From a virus (taxonomy: Duplodnaviria; Heunggongvirae; Uroviricota; Caudoviricetes), in IMG/VR virus record IMGVR_UViG_3300042009_000026, positions 1 through 64,000 of that record: a DNA stretch of 64,000 bases; one strand, given 5' to 3'. The stretch's first letter is position 1. Each line of letters starts with the position of its first letter. Below are positions 19,030-28,865 of the stretch, piece by piece. Made by a program: the position numbers and the translations under genes. The notes under the pieces were generated by a model. The model was not told where the DNA came from and made no database searches. It was given only the letters and a program-made list of their open reading frames with translations.

Positions 19030-19278
19030 ATGGCTAAGGCTATCCGTTATAAAGATGGTACCTGGATGCAGGATGGTACAACAGGTCATGAATTGGCGAC
19101 CGCCAAGAAGACCAAAGAACTAGATAAGCATATGGATGATCTTGACAAAATTTGGCGTAAAGCTGAAGGTCGAGTCCCTGCCAAAGAACTGGATGAACGG
19201 GGACAGATGCTGGAAGGCAGAATCCCATGGGACCCTGTTCGTCTAAAAGAACTCACAGCCGAAAGGCTGGCGACATGA
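19030..19278 (+). CDS. hypothetical protein (82 aa)
   Basis: ORF. Confidence 0.45.
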   Translation: MAKAIRYKDGTWMQDGTTGHELATAKKTKELDKHMDDLDKIWRKAEGRVPAKELDERGQMLEGRIPWDPVRLKELTAERLAT

Positions 19279-19392
19279 GGTAGCAACATGAATGAAGAAT
19301 ACGAAGGCTTTATTACTAATGAAGAGTGGATCTAATGAAAGAGATCGATCTCGGATTCATGGACGAACGTCCTGACATCTAACGACATATTG

Positions 19393-19432
19393 GCTACCCT
19401 TCGGGGTAGCCTCTATTCCCTTTTCTTTTTTT
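19393..19432 (+). terminator. Intrinsic terminator GCTACCC-TTCG-GGGTAGC + long T tract
   Basis: Seen directly. Confidence 0.8.
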
Positions 19433-19453
19433 GTACATTCAAACTTTTTAAAA

Positions 19454-19479
19454 GCCTATATTACTTTTGTGATATTGCC
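19454..19479 (+). promoter_or_regulatory. Promoter-like motif (GCCTATATTACTTTTGTGATATTGCC); part of ~40-nt terminator-promoter cassette duplicated at 32971-33010
   Basis: AAACTTTTTAAAAGCCTATATTACTTTTGTG vs AAAAGTTTTAAACGCCTATATTACTTTTGTG. Confidence 0.5.
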
Positions 19480-19537
19480 AGAAAGAATTACCCTTTCTCG
19501 CAAGAGAAGGATTTCAATATTAAAAAGGAGTTAAGCT

Positions 19538-19783
19538 ATGTCATTTACAGCTGTGTTATTCTCCACCATGATCGGCTTGTCTGGTAGTGAACAATATCCC
19601 AACACACTAAGCCAAGAAAAGATTGAATTCCGTGGGTTGAATGCAATGGCACAATGTCGTTCATTCGAGAATTCACTTCACACTAAGGCGCCTGCTACTC
19701 AGGGCATACGTAAAGTATCGCGCGATAAAGTAGGGGTTAGTGAAATACAGCGTGAAACTTATTGCGTGCAAACAGAACCGTAA
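19538..19783 (+). CDS. hypothetical protein (81 aa)
   Basis: AAAGGAG RBS. Confidence 0.4.
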   Translation: MSFTAVLFSTMIGLSGSEQYPNTLSQEKIEFRGLNAMAQCRSFENSLHTKAPATQGIRKVSRDKVGVSEIQRETYCVQTEP

Positions 19784-19786
19784 GTG

Positions 19787-19815
19787 TTGACACGATAAAA
19801 GCCGTCACTTATAAT
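19787..19815 (+). promoter_or_regulatory. Consensus sigma70-type promoter TTGACA-N17-TATAAT
   Basis: ttgaca (19787-92), 17-nt spacer, tataat (19810-15), upstream of ORF 19848. Confidence 0.65.
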
Positions 19816-19847
19816 GATGGCTCACTCACAGTAAGTAGGGATGCAAA

Positions 19848-20054
19848 ATGAAATATGAAGATCTGTTACTTAACATCACCCAGTCCCGTGTACGGTATCT
19901 GGTAGATGTTCTTAGAGCAGCAGTGGCGGAAGGTCGTGAGACACATAAGCCACAAGGAATTGCGGTTACAGAAATTCTTGCAGCATTTAGCCTTAGTGAC
20001 GTAGAGCGCAAGGCACTTCAAAGAGAGGTGATTGAACGCCTTCGCAATACTTAA
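19848..20054 (+). CDS. hypothetical protein (68 aa)
   Basis: ORF downstream of sigma70-like promoter. Confidence 0.45.
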   Translation: MKYEDLLLNITQSRVRYLVDVLRAAVAEGRETHKPQGIAVTEILAAFSLSDVERKALQREVIERLRNT

Positions 20055-20113
20055 CGACTAACCGAGCCCTGAAAAGGGCTCATCTGTTTCTAAGGAAAAG
20101 AAAGAGGTTACAA

Positions 20114-20524
20114 TTGAGAGTGTTCAGAATTGAGAGAGCGAATGGGGAAGGACTGTATGGAATCTGTGAAGGTGCCGAATACAAAGATTCCCTAGCCGCA
20201 AGCTTACCCGAATACTTTGGATTCTATGGGCGAGCATGGCAACCACCGCCAAGTGAAGATGGTCTTACACGAGCAGACACCGTCGAAGGAATGTTGTACG
20301 GGTTTGCCGGTATAGGCCAAATGTGTAACTGGTTAGGCGATTGTCCGTTTGATGAACTCTATGCAAAAGGAGGACGTGTAATCGTACTGGATGTTAAAGA
20401 AGCGCAGTTTGGTTACAGCCAGTGTCGTTTCTATCCAGAGAGTGTTATTTTCCGTGAAACTCTAACCCTTCAAGAAATAGAACAGGAATTACCCTATGTC
20501 AATGTACAGCGGTTTGCAGCTTGA
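20114..20524 (+). CDS. hypothetical protein (136 aa)
   Basis: ORF. Confidence 0.5.
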   Translation: MRVFRIERANGEGLYGICEGAEYKDSLAASLPEYFGFYGRAWQPPPSEDGLTRADTVEGMLYGFAGIGQMCNWLGDCPFDELYAKGGRVIVLDVKEAQFGYSQCRFYPESVIFRETLTLQEIEQELPYVNVQRFAA

Positions 20525-21185
20525 TATCAAACTGCGTGATGATATCCCACCAGCTATCATCGTGTGGCTATCGAAACATACTCTTGGCGATGGTAACATC
20601 CCTGAGATCAACGATCTGTTCAGCTCGGGTGTTCCGTACTTCGAGAACTGGAAAGGTGGTTCGCTGGTCTTCAAAGAAGATCACTGGCATCTGAAATCGA
20701 ATGGCGTAGGTTCTCGTTATGATGATAACAAACTTGCGTTCTTCTTGCATGAACTCCAGCCTTGGATGGTTGTAGACGAAGGCCGTGTATTGGCTCGACT
20801 AGTGTACGAAGAATCTGAAACTACTGAAGAGATCTTTTGGATCGATCCAATTGATACTTTGGTACGTCGCCGCCGTGCCACCCGTTATGGTTGGGGTGGA
20901 TCTGATTCTATCCTGGGTGTTGATGCAGAACCAGAAGATCGTCCTGGTTTCTCCACCGACCATCCAAAGACCTGGGATGCGGAAGATCTTGCGAAGTCAC
21001 TTGGGCATGAGCACAATTATCCACAGCCAGCATTCTTAGACTGGAAAGTATTTAACTTCCCAGTTAATCCAAAGGTCAATGTAAAAGCAGAGACCAAACG
21101 TATTCTGGCAAAACAACATAATGACGGGCACGTAACTAACGTACTCGCGGAAATAGCTAAGATGGAAGGGAAAACAAAAGAATGA
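20496..21185 (+). CDS. hypothetical protein (229 aa)
   Basis: ORF. Confidence 0.55.
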   Translation: MSMYSGLQLDIKLRDDIPPAIIVWLSKHTLGDGNIPEINDLFSSGVPYFENWKGGSLVFKEDHWHLKSNGVGSRYDDNKLAFFLHELQPWMVVDEGRVLARLVYEESETTEEIFWIDPIDTLVRRRRATRYGWGGSDSILGVDAEPEDRPGFSTDHPKTWDAEDLAKSLGHEHNYPQPAFLDWKVFNFPVNPKVNVKAETKRILAKQHNDGHVTNVLAEIAKMEGKTKE

Positions 21186-21595
21186 ACATCGTAACTTGGC
21201 GTGATGCTCGGATCGTGTTGGTTAAGGATAGCCTGTTGTCAATAGCGGCGCGCCTTGGTTATATGGGTACTGAACAACTCAACGAAGTACCAGTCTGTCA
21301 AGCCGTTGATGGTTGGAACGTAAAGGTCTACGGTACCCAGGGTATCGGTCAACGCATCAAGCATGTAATGACTGTTGAGATCTGGCACACTGATCCTGGC
21401 ACTCGCCGCTGGAAATTCACAATCGATGTGTTGGGACAGAACCAATGCAAGAACTGTTATTTCCCTGATCTGCATGGTAGTGACCGCCCTATCGATCGGA
21501 TCGGTGCCAACGAGTGGGAGGATCTCTGCTTTCTGCCAGAGATCTTTGGCGACTTCGTTGCAACAGAATTGCTCAACCATTACAAACGGGGATAA
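21182..21595 (+). CDS. hypothetical protein (137 aa)
   Basis: ATGA-coupled. Confidence 0.5.
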   Translation: MNIVTWRDARIVLVKDSLLSIAARLGYMGTEQLNEVPVCQAVDGWNVKVYGTQGIGQRIKHVMTVEIWHTDPGTRRWKFTIDVLGQNQCKNCYFPDLHGSDRPIDRIGANEWEDLCFLPEIFGDFVATELLNHYKRG

Positions 21596-21597
21596 TA

Positions 21598-22014
21598 ATG
21601 CAGCAGCCATTGAACTGTGCAATCGGTAAAGAATTGGCCGAACACATGGTCAAGGGATTGGTCGATCGTTTCTTGGAATACGGTTACCTATCCCTGATTA
21701 AACGTTGGAGTAGAGAAGACAAAGCATTCTATACCTGGGTCACTCCAACCCATGAAGAGACTGTTAAAGTACATGTCATGCCAACTTGTTTCACCATCTA
21801 CCGTGATGGCTTTGAAGGTACGGCTGACGCGTATGAAGTGACCATCTCGTTGGACATGAATTTTAATGTGACTACCGTGGAGATCAAATCCGAGTCCCAT
21901 GCATTTCTCACTGTTGCCACTGATCTGCATCGCGTACTGACATCTACAATGAACAGTATCGATTCGTTCGGTAAACCAAAAAACCCACAACAACAAATTG
22001 ACTGCAGCTGCTAA
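21598..22014 (+). CDS. hypothetical protein (start trimmed to ATG 21598)
   Basis: GGGGATAATAATG; avoids overlap. Confidence 0.5.
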   Translation: MQQPLNCAIGKELAEHMVKGLVDRFLEYGYLSLIKRWSREDKAFYTWVTPTHEETVKVHVMPTCFTIYRDGFEGTADAYEVTISLDMNFNVTTVEIKSESHAFLTVATDLHRVLTSTMNSIDSFGKPKNPQQQIDCSC

Positions 22015-22023
22015 GGATTAGTA

Positions 22024-22506
22024 ATGAAGATGTCTACTACTGCAAAACGTATTGGTTTGGCTCAAATCGAAGTGGTTGTCAAGGACTTCATCGCTAGCGG
22101 TTTCCTGGCGATGTTCACTACGATTAATGCAATGCACACTTTCCGTGTGGCTGAGAACCAAACCCTGGAGCTGCGTTATGCAGATGCCGGTAAGGTTAAG
22201 CGTATCTATTTTACCCGCATCAATGAAATCTCTGGACGTAAAGATGTAATCGTCTATATGTTCAATCGTGGCGATCTGGCAGAAGTGACTGTTGAACCTA
22301 CTGTTGGTGGACAAGCCCAGAGTTACATAGCTCTGGCATATTGGTTGGCAGCAGCTATTACCACCATCCAAGATAGCCTTACCGTGGATGGGGAAGAACG
22401 TATTTATTATCCAGGCGGCACTGGGTATTCTGCAATCGATGGTGATAACGCTGCAGAGGCATTTGTTCGTATGCGCAACAATGGTACCCCAGGTGTAGCA
22501 AATTGA
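22024..22506 (+). CDS. hypothetical protein (160 aa)
   Basis: ORF. Confidence 0.55.
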   Translation: MKMSTTAKRIGLAQIEVVVKDFIASGFLAMFTTINAMHTFRVAENQTLELRYADAGKVKRIYFTRINEISGRKDVIVYMFNRGDLAEVTVEPTVGGQAQSYIALAYWLAAAITTIQDSLTVDGEERIYYPGGTGYSAIDGDNAAEAFVRMRNNGTPGVAN

Positions 22507-22781
22507 ACCAGCTTAGCTTGTGGAGCCTGTTAATGCCGTATCTGGGTATCTTTGGGATATCGGGTACATGGTTTACTTTTCGTGCCTTTGTAACAGGCTG
22601 CGAAGCACGTAACTTTGCTTTGCAGTTCAAGCCTGGTATTCATGGTAATGAATATCGTGCACGATATGAACGGATGTTCTACTACTTCACGATGATGTGT
22701 GTAGCTGCATCTCTCATGTGGATGGTTTTTACAGCTCTTCTATTAATAGCCTACTTCGGGAGCGCCAATGGATCATCTTGA
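22503..22781 (+). CDS. membrane protein (92 aa)
   Basis: Hydrophobic segments. Confidence 0.4.
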   Translation: MNQLSLWSLLMPYLGIFGISGTWFTFRAFVTGCEARNFALQFKPGIHGNEYRARYERMFYYFTMMCVAASLMWMVFTALLLIAYFGSANGSS

Positions 22782-23211
22782 ATTACCCTGTATTAAGATG
22801 CTGAACCAAATCTTTAAAGGGGTGCAGCTACAACGCTTCAAAATGGAAACTCAAGCAATCGGATACCTCACACAAGCGGAAGGTATGTGGTTGACCCAGA
22901 AGAATTCTCCGATGTTGTATTCGGCAGATGACTGGGTTGGCGAGAAGTTCGATATCCACGCTTATGGTCCAGACAGAGTAATTCATTCTCAAAAGGTGTA
23001 TGTAATCACCCATTATCATGATGAATGGAAACTAATTCTGTCTTCGCCAGAAACAACGATGGAAAACTTACCGCAGCTCATGCGTAATCTGCGTTTGGAT
23101 GAAGCACTTGTCCCAGATATGATCCTACTGAATCTGGATCTATACCCACCTCAAGGACGGAGACCAAAAAAGGGTTGGCTGTACGACCCTAAAAACTATT
23201 TCTGGAGTTAA
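22768..23211 (+). CDS. hypothetical protein (147 aa)
   Basis: ORF. Confidence 0.5.
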   Translation: MDHLELPCIKMLNQIFKGVQLQRFKMETQAIGYLTQAEGMWLTQKNSPMLYSADDWVGEKFDIHAYGPDRVIHSQKVYVITHYHDEWKLILSSPETTMENLPQLMRNLRLDEALVPDMILLNLDLYPPQGRRPKKGWLYDPKNYFWS

Positions 23212-23214
23212 GAC

Positions 23215-23604
23215 ATGAAGCTACTTAAAATCATGCTGGCTACAGTTATCGCATTCGGGATGGTATTAAGCCATCCCGTTATGGCGGTACCTGCACCGAC
23301 CCAAGAGACAGGAATCTCTACAGCAACATGCCAAACTGCAGGCCGTTATATCGCGGATGTAATTCGGATGATACAGGAAAGGCGTAGTAACTTCGAGATC
23401 ATGTCATGGCTTGATAGTGTTACGCCCAATGTCAAGGAAAACCCACACGCTTACTTAGGTATGGTGATGGTAAAACTAAATGTCGTATCCGTTAGGTCTG
23501 CTTTATCAAAAGCGTACAAGCCTGACGTGATACGGCAAAAACAAATTTCTGATTGCGTAGCCAATGAAGGCACGCAATTAATGGTGTATGGAAAATCCCA
23601 ATGA
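23215..23604 (+). CDS. secreted protein (signal peptide)
   Basis: MKLLKIMLATVIAFGMVLSHPVMA. Confidence 0.5.
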   Translation: MKLLKIMLATVIAFGMVLSHPVMAVPAPTQETGISTATCQTAGRYIADVIRMIQERRSNFEIMSWLDSVTPNVKENPHAYLGMVMVKLNVVSVRSALSKAYKPDVIRQKQISDCVANEGTQLMVYGKSQ

Positions 23605-24059
23605 AACTGGAAGTAATCAAACAACTGAATGAATTGTTCGGTGATCGTTACATGCCGTCGAATGATCTGTTTCGTAAATCCCTGAATACTGTGGCTACTC
23701 CAGTTATGGGGTGCAGGAAAGCAGTGCTGTGGATCATCGTTGATAATGGGCAACGTGGTGAAGATGTGACACGTCGTCATTATGAAACCATGTTGGCAGA
23801 AGATACCCTGCTAACTGGTAAAGAACAACTGATTGACCCGTATGGTGGTCCTCGTGAACTCGCTGTGCGGTTGCTGCAACAAGGTTACGAAATGAAGTTG
23901 ACTTTGATTCCACCTGGATTCGAAGAAACCCAGAAATACATCGCTCTTCAGTACTCGGCGATGCAAGCTGAATTCAAAGATGTCCAGGCAGTTTGCTATA
24001 ACCTCGACAACCGGGTAATGCCGGAAGATAAACTAAGCATAGAAGGAATTGATGAATGA
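23601..24059 (+). CDS. hypothetical protein (152 aa)
   Basis: ORF. Confidence 0.5.
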   Translation: MKLEVIKQLNELFGDRYMPSNDLFRKSLNTVATPVMGCRKAVLWIIVDNGQRGEDVTRRHYETMLAEDTLLTGKEQLIDPYGGPRELAVRLLQQGYEMKLTLIPPGFEETQKYIALQYSAMQAEFKDVQAVCYNLDNRVMPEDKLSIEGIDE

Positions 24060-24499
24060 GAGCTATCCTCGCTACATTCGCTTTGATCCTACTCGTTGTA
24101 GTGGGTGGACCAGTTAAAGCTGAACAAGTCTTCGGCAATTTTGCTGTAGAGAAGCTTCCGATTACTCCAGCTGTATGTATCGAAGTTGGGGGATTGACTA
24201 CGCTGGTAGTTGACCGGATGCAGCAAGGATCTACTGATCTCGTATTGGTGAACGATCTGTCTATGATGGCTCAACGTGATGCTGCTAATGATACCAAGTA
24301 TCAAGCAGATCTCATGGTCAGTACGGCTATTCCTTATATCCGTACACAGTTGAATTCACCTGAGACTCTTGCATTCCTCAAGAAGTATCCAGAGCAGAAT
24401 AAAAGCTCTGCGATTGCTTTAAGCATGAAGATTAAATGTTCCAAACTAGAAGGCACAACTTACGATGTGCCAAAACGTAATAAACAAGGAGTTAAATAA
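24056..24499 (+). CDS. secreted protein (signal peptide)
   Basis: MRAILATFALILLVVVGGPVKA. Confidence 0.5.
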   Translation: MRAILATFALILLVVVGGPVKAEQVFGNFAVEKLPITPAVCIEVGGLTTLVVDRMQQGSTDLVLVNDLSMMAQRDAANDTKYQADLMVSTAIPYIRTQLNSPETLAFLKKYPEQNKSSAIALSMKIKCSKLEGTTYDVPKRNKQGVK

Positions 24500-24500
24500 C

Positions 24501-24941
24501 ATGCATAAATTACTATTCGCTGTAATCTGGTTGATCGTGGGTTCGTTCGTAGCTTTCGCTGCAATGGCAACTCCAAACTATCCGATCGATTACAGTACCA
24601 AAGAGAAAATCCTGATCACACCTAAAGTGTGCAAGGTATACTACGACACCATGAATCTGGCATTGAAGAACTATGCCGTAAATGTTCCTTATCTGGAAAT
24701 TGCTGAAGCTCTAGATAAGGGCATTCTGGAGAACATGGTTGATGATGAAGAATACGCTGGCCGAGCTATGGCCAGTGAGAACCTGTCTGTAGCTACTGAT
24801 GTTGTGCGCAATGATTCATTATTTACAACCCCAACGATCGTCACGCGGATGGATGCAGCTGATCGTATCGTTGCTGACGTATATCAACATTGCCGACAAA
24901 TCGTCGGCGAAACCCGCGGTGTGTTTGCACGCCGCAAATAA
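24501..24941 (+). CDS. secreted protein (signal peptide; paralog-like of previous)
   Basis: MHKLLFAVIWLIVGSFVAFAAMA. Confidence 0.5.
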   Translation: MHKLLFAVIWLIVGSFVAFAAMATPNYPIDYSTKEKILITPKVCKVYYDTMNLALKNYAVNVPYLEIAEALDKGILENMVDDEEYAGRAMASENLSVATDVVRNDSLFTTPTIVTRMDAADRIVADVYQHCRQIVGETRGVFARRK

Positions 24942-24950
24942 GGAGGAAGT

Positions 24951-25152
24951 AATGTACAACAAGTACATACATAAACCATTATCTTACCTCATCGGATTTA
25001 CTGTAGCATGGGTATTACTGGGCGCTTTTGCCCCAGTAGTATCAAGGACATTTACCACTATCGGCAACGATACATTGGTTTGTAGTCAAGAATGGGAAAT
25101 CATTCGCTTTAAAACCAATTGCCGTGTAGATGTTTCTCATACCGGTCACTGA
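24951..25152 (+). CDS. small membrane protein (66 aa)
   Basis: AAGGAGGAAGTAATG RBS. Confidence 0.4.
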
Positions 25153-25158
25153 TATTGC

Positions 25159-25193
25159 GCTGCCCTTCGGGGCGGCTTTGTCTGTTTTTTTTT
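25159..25193 (+). terminator. Intrinsic terminator GCTGCCC-TTCG-GGGCGGC + T tract
   Basis: Seen directly. Confidence 0.8.
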
Positions 25194-25204
25194 GTCCCGA
25201 CTCG

Positions 25205-25236
25205 AAAAAATCTCAGATCTATATTACTGTATTGAA
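25205..25236 (+). promoter_or_regulatory. Promoter-like motif A copy 3
   Basis: AAAAAATCTCAGATCTATATTACTGTATTGAA. Confidence 0.55.
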
Positions 25237-25323
25237 TTAGTAATCAAAAGAATTCGTGAGGTAACACCATGTAACCTTCAGCCGGAAATAATAACTGTAG
25301 AACATTTGCTATAGGAGCAAACA

Positions 25324-25800
25324 ATGGCTTTTACTAAATTAGCTATTGTCCGTGGAGAATGGCAACTTGATCCAGATCAGGTATTCCGCCTCTATGTGCG
25401 CCCAACTCTCGAACTCATCGACCGTGCCGGAGAAACGCACCATGTACCAGCATTCGCAACAACTGCCCGAAGAACAAGTGATCCACGATCAACAACGTCG
25501 GGTACTCTCTTTTGCTCCTCCTCCGAAACCAGTGACTCGTTTGGGGGAAGACATGGGCAAGACTTCACCGCGTCCGACCAAAAGTGGTTGGAACCGTTAA
25601 GTCCTGATCAAAGCTTTCACATGCTTGGGGAATTGTCTAATGACAGTTCTCCGATTATGGCCGCTTTAATATCCCGCTCAGCTATTCAATGGCTAGCAAC
25701 CGATATGGAACCAGAACTCGTTTGCATCGATGATGCGATAGAGACTAATCAATTCGATGGACAACTCATCGAAATCCTCAAACGCTTCAAGGTAGGATAA
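25324..25800 (+). CDS. hypothetical protein (158 aa)
   Basis: ORF. Confidence 0.5.
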   Translation: MAFTKLAIVRGEWQLDPDQVFRLYVRPTLELIDRAGETHHVPAFATTARRTSDPRSTTSGTLFCSSSETSDSFGGRHGQDFTASDQKWLEPLSPDQSFHMLGELSNDSSPIMAALISRSAIQWLATDMEPELVCIDDAIETNQFDGQLIEILKRFKVG

Positions 25801-25808
25801 TAGTGGGC

Positions 25809-26135
25809 ATGTATAAAGACGAGTTAAAGAATATCCCGTCTAAGGAAGACCTTCTCCAAATTGGTCTTGTTAAAAAAACTCGCTTAGTTCTTGAGCATGT
25901 TAAGGAAGAGTTTTCTGAAGAAGGTGCATATGCCCCTTTTGCTAAAGCTCAGGATACTCCTTCTTGCTGGAAGTGGTATGTTGAACTTCCTTTTGCTGTG
26001 TCGGAAATTGAGCAGCATGCTGTTCGTGACGCACTGGCCGAGAAGTTATTTGACCACATCCATTTCAATGACCACCATGCGTTTGAAACGAACTTCACCC
26101 GTATGTCGATCACTATTAACAAGGGCGACAAGTAA
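25809..26135 (+). CDS. hypothetical protein
   Basis: ORF. Confidence 0.5.
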   Translation: MYKDELKNIPSKEDLLQIGLVKKTRLVLEHVKEEFSEEGAYAPFAKAQDTPSCWKWYVELPFAVSEIEQHAVRDALAEKLFDHIHFNDHHAFETNFTRMSITINKGDK

Positions 26136-26464
26136 TGTGTCATATCCACCATGATCCAGATGCAATCATCCAAGCATATACCGATGAACTCGTCGAACGA
26201 GTTATTAATGAAGTCATGAGTGTGCACCGGGAAGGACGTATGCCCGCTGTTGTACGTGTGACAGAAATAGGCCTTGGATTCCAACAATTCATCGCCGAAC
26301 ATATTCATCACAAGTCAGCTGCTGCTAAACGCATTGAGCAAGAAATGAATAGTCTTGGATTCGTAGAAGTTTACTTCGCCAACCAGGAAGTGGATGGACA
26401 TAGTACGTCCATGGAATACACCCTCACCACCCTCGATAAGTTCGAGGAAATGACAAATGTTTGA
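26135..26464 (+). CDS. hypothetical protein (109 aa)
   Basis: ORF. Confidence 0.5.
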   Translation: MCHIHHDPDAIIQAYTDELVERVINEVMSVHREGRMPAVVRVTEIGLGFQQFIAEHIHHKSAAAKRIEQEMNSLGFVEVYFANQEVDGHSTSMEYTLTTLDKFEEMTNV

Positions 26465-26732
26465 TCTGGCCAAGAGTGATGTCTTTAAGGAAGGTGATGT
26501 AATCGTTACCTTCAAAGAGGGTGACGATGAAACGAAAACCAAAATCATTCGCACAATGAGTGATTTGGGGTTACAACAGTGGGCTTACTCCAAACGTGTC
26601 GATGATGGCTGCGAACAATATCTGTTCGTAAGTGATTACGATCAACGTAAGGAAGATCATCTTCGTAGCTGTATGAATTCGTTGTTCCTACCTGATGACG
26701 TTAAAGCAAAGTTGTCGGAACTGGCGGTATGA
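26457..26732 (+). CDS. hypothetical protein (91 aa)
   Basis: ORF. Confidence 0.5.
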   Translation: MFDLAKSDVFKEGDVIVTFKEGDDETKTKIIRTMSDLGLQQWAYSKRVDDGCEQYLFVSDYDQRKEDHLRSCMNSLFLPDDVKAKLSELAV

Positions 26733-27067
26733 CACAGTACCCATGCGATACCCTGGCGGAACAGCTCCGTAAGATGCGTAATGAGTTCTGGTGGCTTACT
26801 CCTGAACATGTGGCACTACCAGGCGAGTACATCATCAATCAGTCTCACGGGCGATTCTACGAGTCTTCAGAAGAACTGGCTACTCGACGTCGTGAATGGC
26901 TAATTAACAATGCGGGTAAGACTGCGTATCGTTTCAACTTCGATGGGGACGCTGAAACTTTATACGTGGGTTCGCTAACAAATGAGGACGAAATCGTCTT
27001 CTCATGGTTACGCGGTGAGGATAACAAACATGGCAAAGGAACTATTCCCGGAGAACCTGTCATTTGA
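26729..27067 (+). CDS. hypothetical protein (112 aa)
   Basis: ORF. Confidence 0.5.
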   Translation: MTQYPCDTLAEQLRKMRNEFWWLTPEHVALPGEYIINQSHGRFYESSEELATRRREWLINNAGKTAYRFNFDGDAETLYVGSLTNEDEIVFSWLRGEDNKHGKGTIPGEPVI

Positions 27068-27208
27068 AGAAGTCTTAGCTAGTGTGGCGGGTGGAGCATT
27101 AGTGCGCAACCGTCATCTGCCTGAGACAAAAGAAATGCCAGAACCCATCCAACAGACGGACCGATTGGAACTCAAACCAAATCCAGAATACCTGGTGGAT
27201 GTACACGT

Positions 27209-27502
27209 ATGAATGCTCGCACCACAGGCATGATCAACGCGCGCGAAAAGCTGCTTGGTGATCTACTTGATGCAAATCAACAAGTCCAAGATAAACTCGA
27301 TGACCAAGATCTTGGTTTTACCATTGATCAAGCTGTCGCAGTTAAAGGTGCTATCCAAGACACCACACTGTTGACGCTTCAGGCCATCGAGTCGCAAGCT
27401 CAGATTTTCCCGCATCAACCACCTGGAGTAAAACTGGGTAACCAACCCTTCTTTGATGACGATGAGTTATCGGAAGCTTATATTACTGCAATCAACTCGT
27501 AA
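27209..27502 (+). CDS. INS-tail family small protein (ends ...EAYITAINS)
   Basis: C-terminal [aromatic]-A-x-x-I-N-S-stop shared with 8 other ORFs. Confidence 0.5.
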   Translation: MNARTTGMINAREKLLGDLLDANQQVQDKLDDQDLGFTIDQAVAVKGAIQDTTLLTLQAIESQAQIFPHQPPGVKLGNQPFFDDDELSEAYITAINS

Positions 27503-27510
27503 GGAACAAC

Positions 27511-27759
27511 ATGGATACTGAAGAACTCGTTGAATCCGTTGCAGAGGCTAATGACCTCAAGCAGAAAGAAATTCTAGATGGCCTGGTCGGTATTCGTATC
27601 GAAGCAGAAGCCATGCCTCAAGTAGAAGGCATTCATCATGCGATCTCTGAAACTGCCCGGTTGTATGAAGGTGCATTCGTTCTGGAAGTAACAGCTAATG
27701 GCTGCGCTACAGAATTCATGGGTGCTGCTGATCGTTACCTGGAGTACGTCAACTCGTGA
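27511..27759 (+). CDS. INS-tail family small protein (ends ...RYLEYVNS)
   Basis: Shared C-terminal tail. Confidence 0.5.
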   Translation: MDTEELVESVAEANDLKQKEILDGLVGIRIEAEAMPQVEGIHHAISETARLYEGAFVLEVTANGCATEFMGAADRYLEYVNS

Positions 27760-28025
27760 TGCATTCTGTTCCTGATGCCAAAGTCATGTCTGCAGCAAAG
27801 CTATTCGTTGACTGGTCACGTAGTGTCGATGAAGACGATTTCGATGCTACAGCACAAGGGCTGGAAGCAGTCATGGATATTCTGGCTAAAGCAGAGATTA
27901 TCCCTCTTGATACTAAAGAGCGTTTGATTGCAACTATCGGTCGTCTTAACGATGAGGAAGATAAGCTGTCACTAGCTGAGTTCTTCGGAGAGACCCATGC
28001 CACTACCGCTACCACCGGAAACTGA
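27756..28025 (+). CDS. hypothetical protein (89 aa)
   Basis: ORF in same tightly coupled array. Confidence 0.45.
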   Translation: MMHSVPDAKVMSAAKLFVDWSRSVDEDDFDATAQGLEAVMDILAKAEIIPLDTKERLIATIGRLNDEEDKLSLAEFFGETHATTATTGN

Positions 28026-28608
28026 CTGGCCAGAGGACAGCAGCCTCGATTATGATGTTGCTAAAGAACTGGCTGAGTTGGGTATTCCGCACCCACCACA
28101 TGGGGGCCAAGGGCCTTGGATGGCTTATGAAACACCATCCTGGGCACTGAAACCAATGCGTGCAGAAATGCATGAATGTTACACCGAACTAATGGGGCGT
28201 GTAAAAAATGACGTCCCCATGCAATACCATGCAGTAATCAGTGATGTCGTACAAGAGGCAATTATTGACACTGCGATTATTATCAACAACAACGTTGATA
28301 TGATCGATGAATCTCACAATCATGTCTGGGGTTTACATCTGAACCTCTTTGACCACCCAATAGGAAGCACTGCAATGACTGACAAAATCGTAGAAGCCAA
28401 CGTTGAATCCCGTGATGTGCTGATCGTAGCAATCAATGATGTTCGTTCCCAAGCCAATGGTGAAGTCACCATCTCTGCTGCTGTTGATCTGGCTATCACC
28501 GGTACTGTGATCGCTGTTGAACAAGCTGTTCTCACCGGTGGTGTTGGTTCCGTTGTTGATCTGAACGAAGAACTGAACAAGAACTGGGCTGAAGCGGTAA
28601 ACTCTTAA
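27997..28608 (+). CDS. INS-tail family protein (203 aa; ends ...NWAEAVNS)
   Basis: Shared tail. Confidence 0.5.
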   Translation: MPLPLPPETDWPEDSSLDYDVAKELAELGIPHPPHGGQGPWMAYETPSWALKPMRAEMHECYTELMGRVKNDVPMQYHAVISDVVQEAIIDTAIIINNNVDMIDESHNHVWGLHLNLFDHPIGSTAMTDKIVEANVESRDVLIVAINDVRSQANGEVTISAAVDLAITGTVIAVEQAVLTGGVGSVVDLNEELNKNWAEAVNS

Positions 28609-28865
28609 TGACAGCTGTATATCTGGAAGAAAGTGGTCTGGGTGTAACACTCAAAAGCGATCGTGACTTTACCGTTATGGAAACGCTAGCGAAGTTTGCT
28701 GATAAAGGTATATCTACAGAGACCTTGACAGAAGTAGCGACCTTCACCGCTAATCGCGCTATCGAACATACCCTGGCCACGATTGAAACAACATTGTTGG
28801 CTGGTCGTAACGGTGGTGAAGATCCGGTGCTCGCTGCTGAATGGGCGGAGGCTATTAACTCTTAA
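28608..28865 (+). CDS. INS-tail family protein (ends ...EWAEAINS); paralog of next gene
   Basis: N-term YLEESGLGV vs SLKESGLFH in next ORF. Confidence 0.5.
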   Translation: MTAVYLEESGLGVTLKSDRDFTVMETLAKFADKGISTETLTEVATFTANRAIEHTLATIETTLLAGRNGGEDPVLAAEWAEAINS

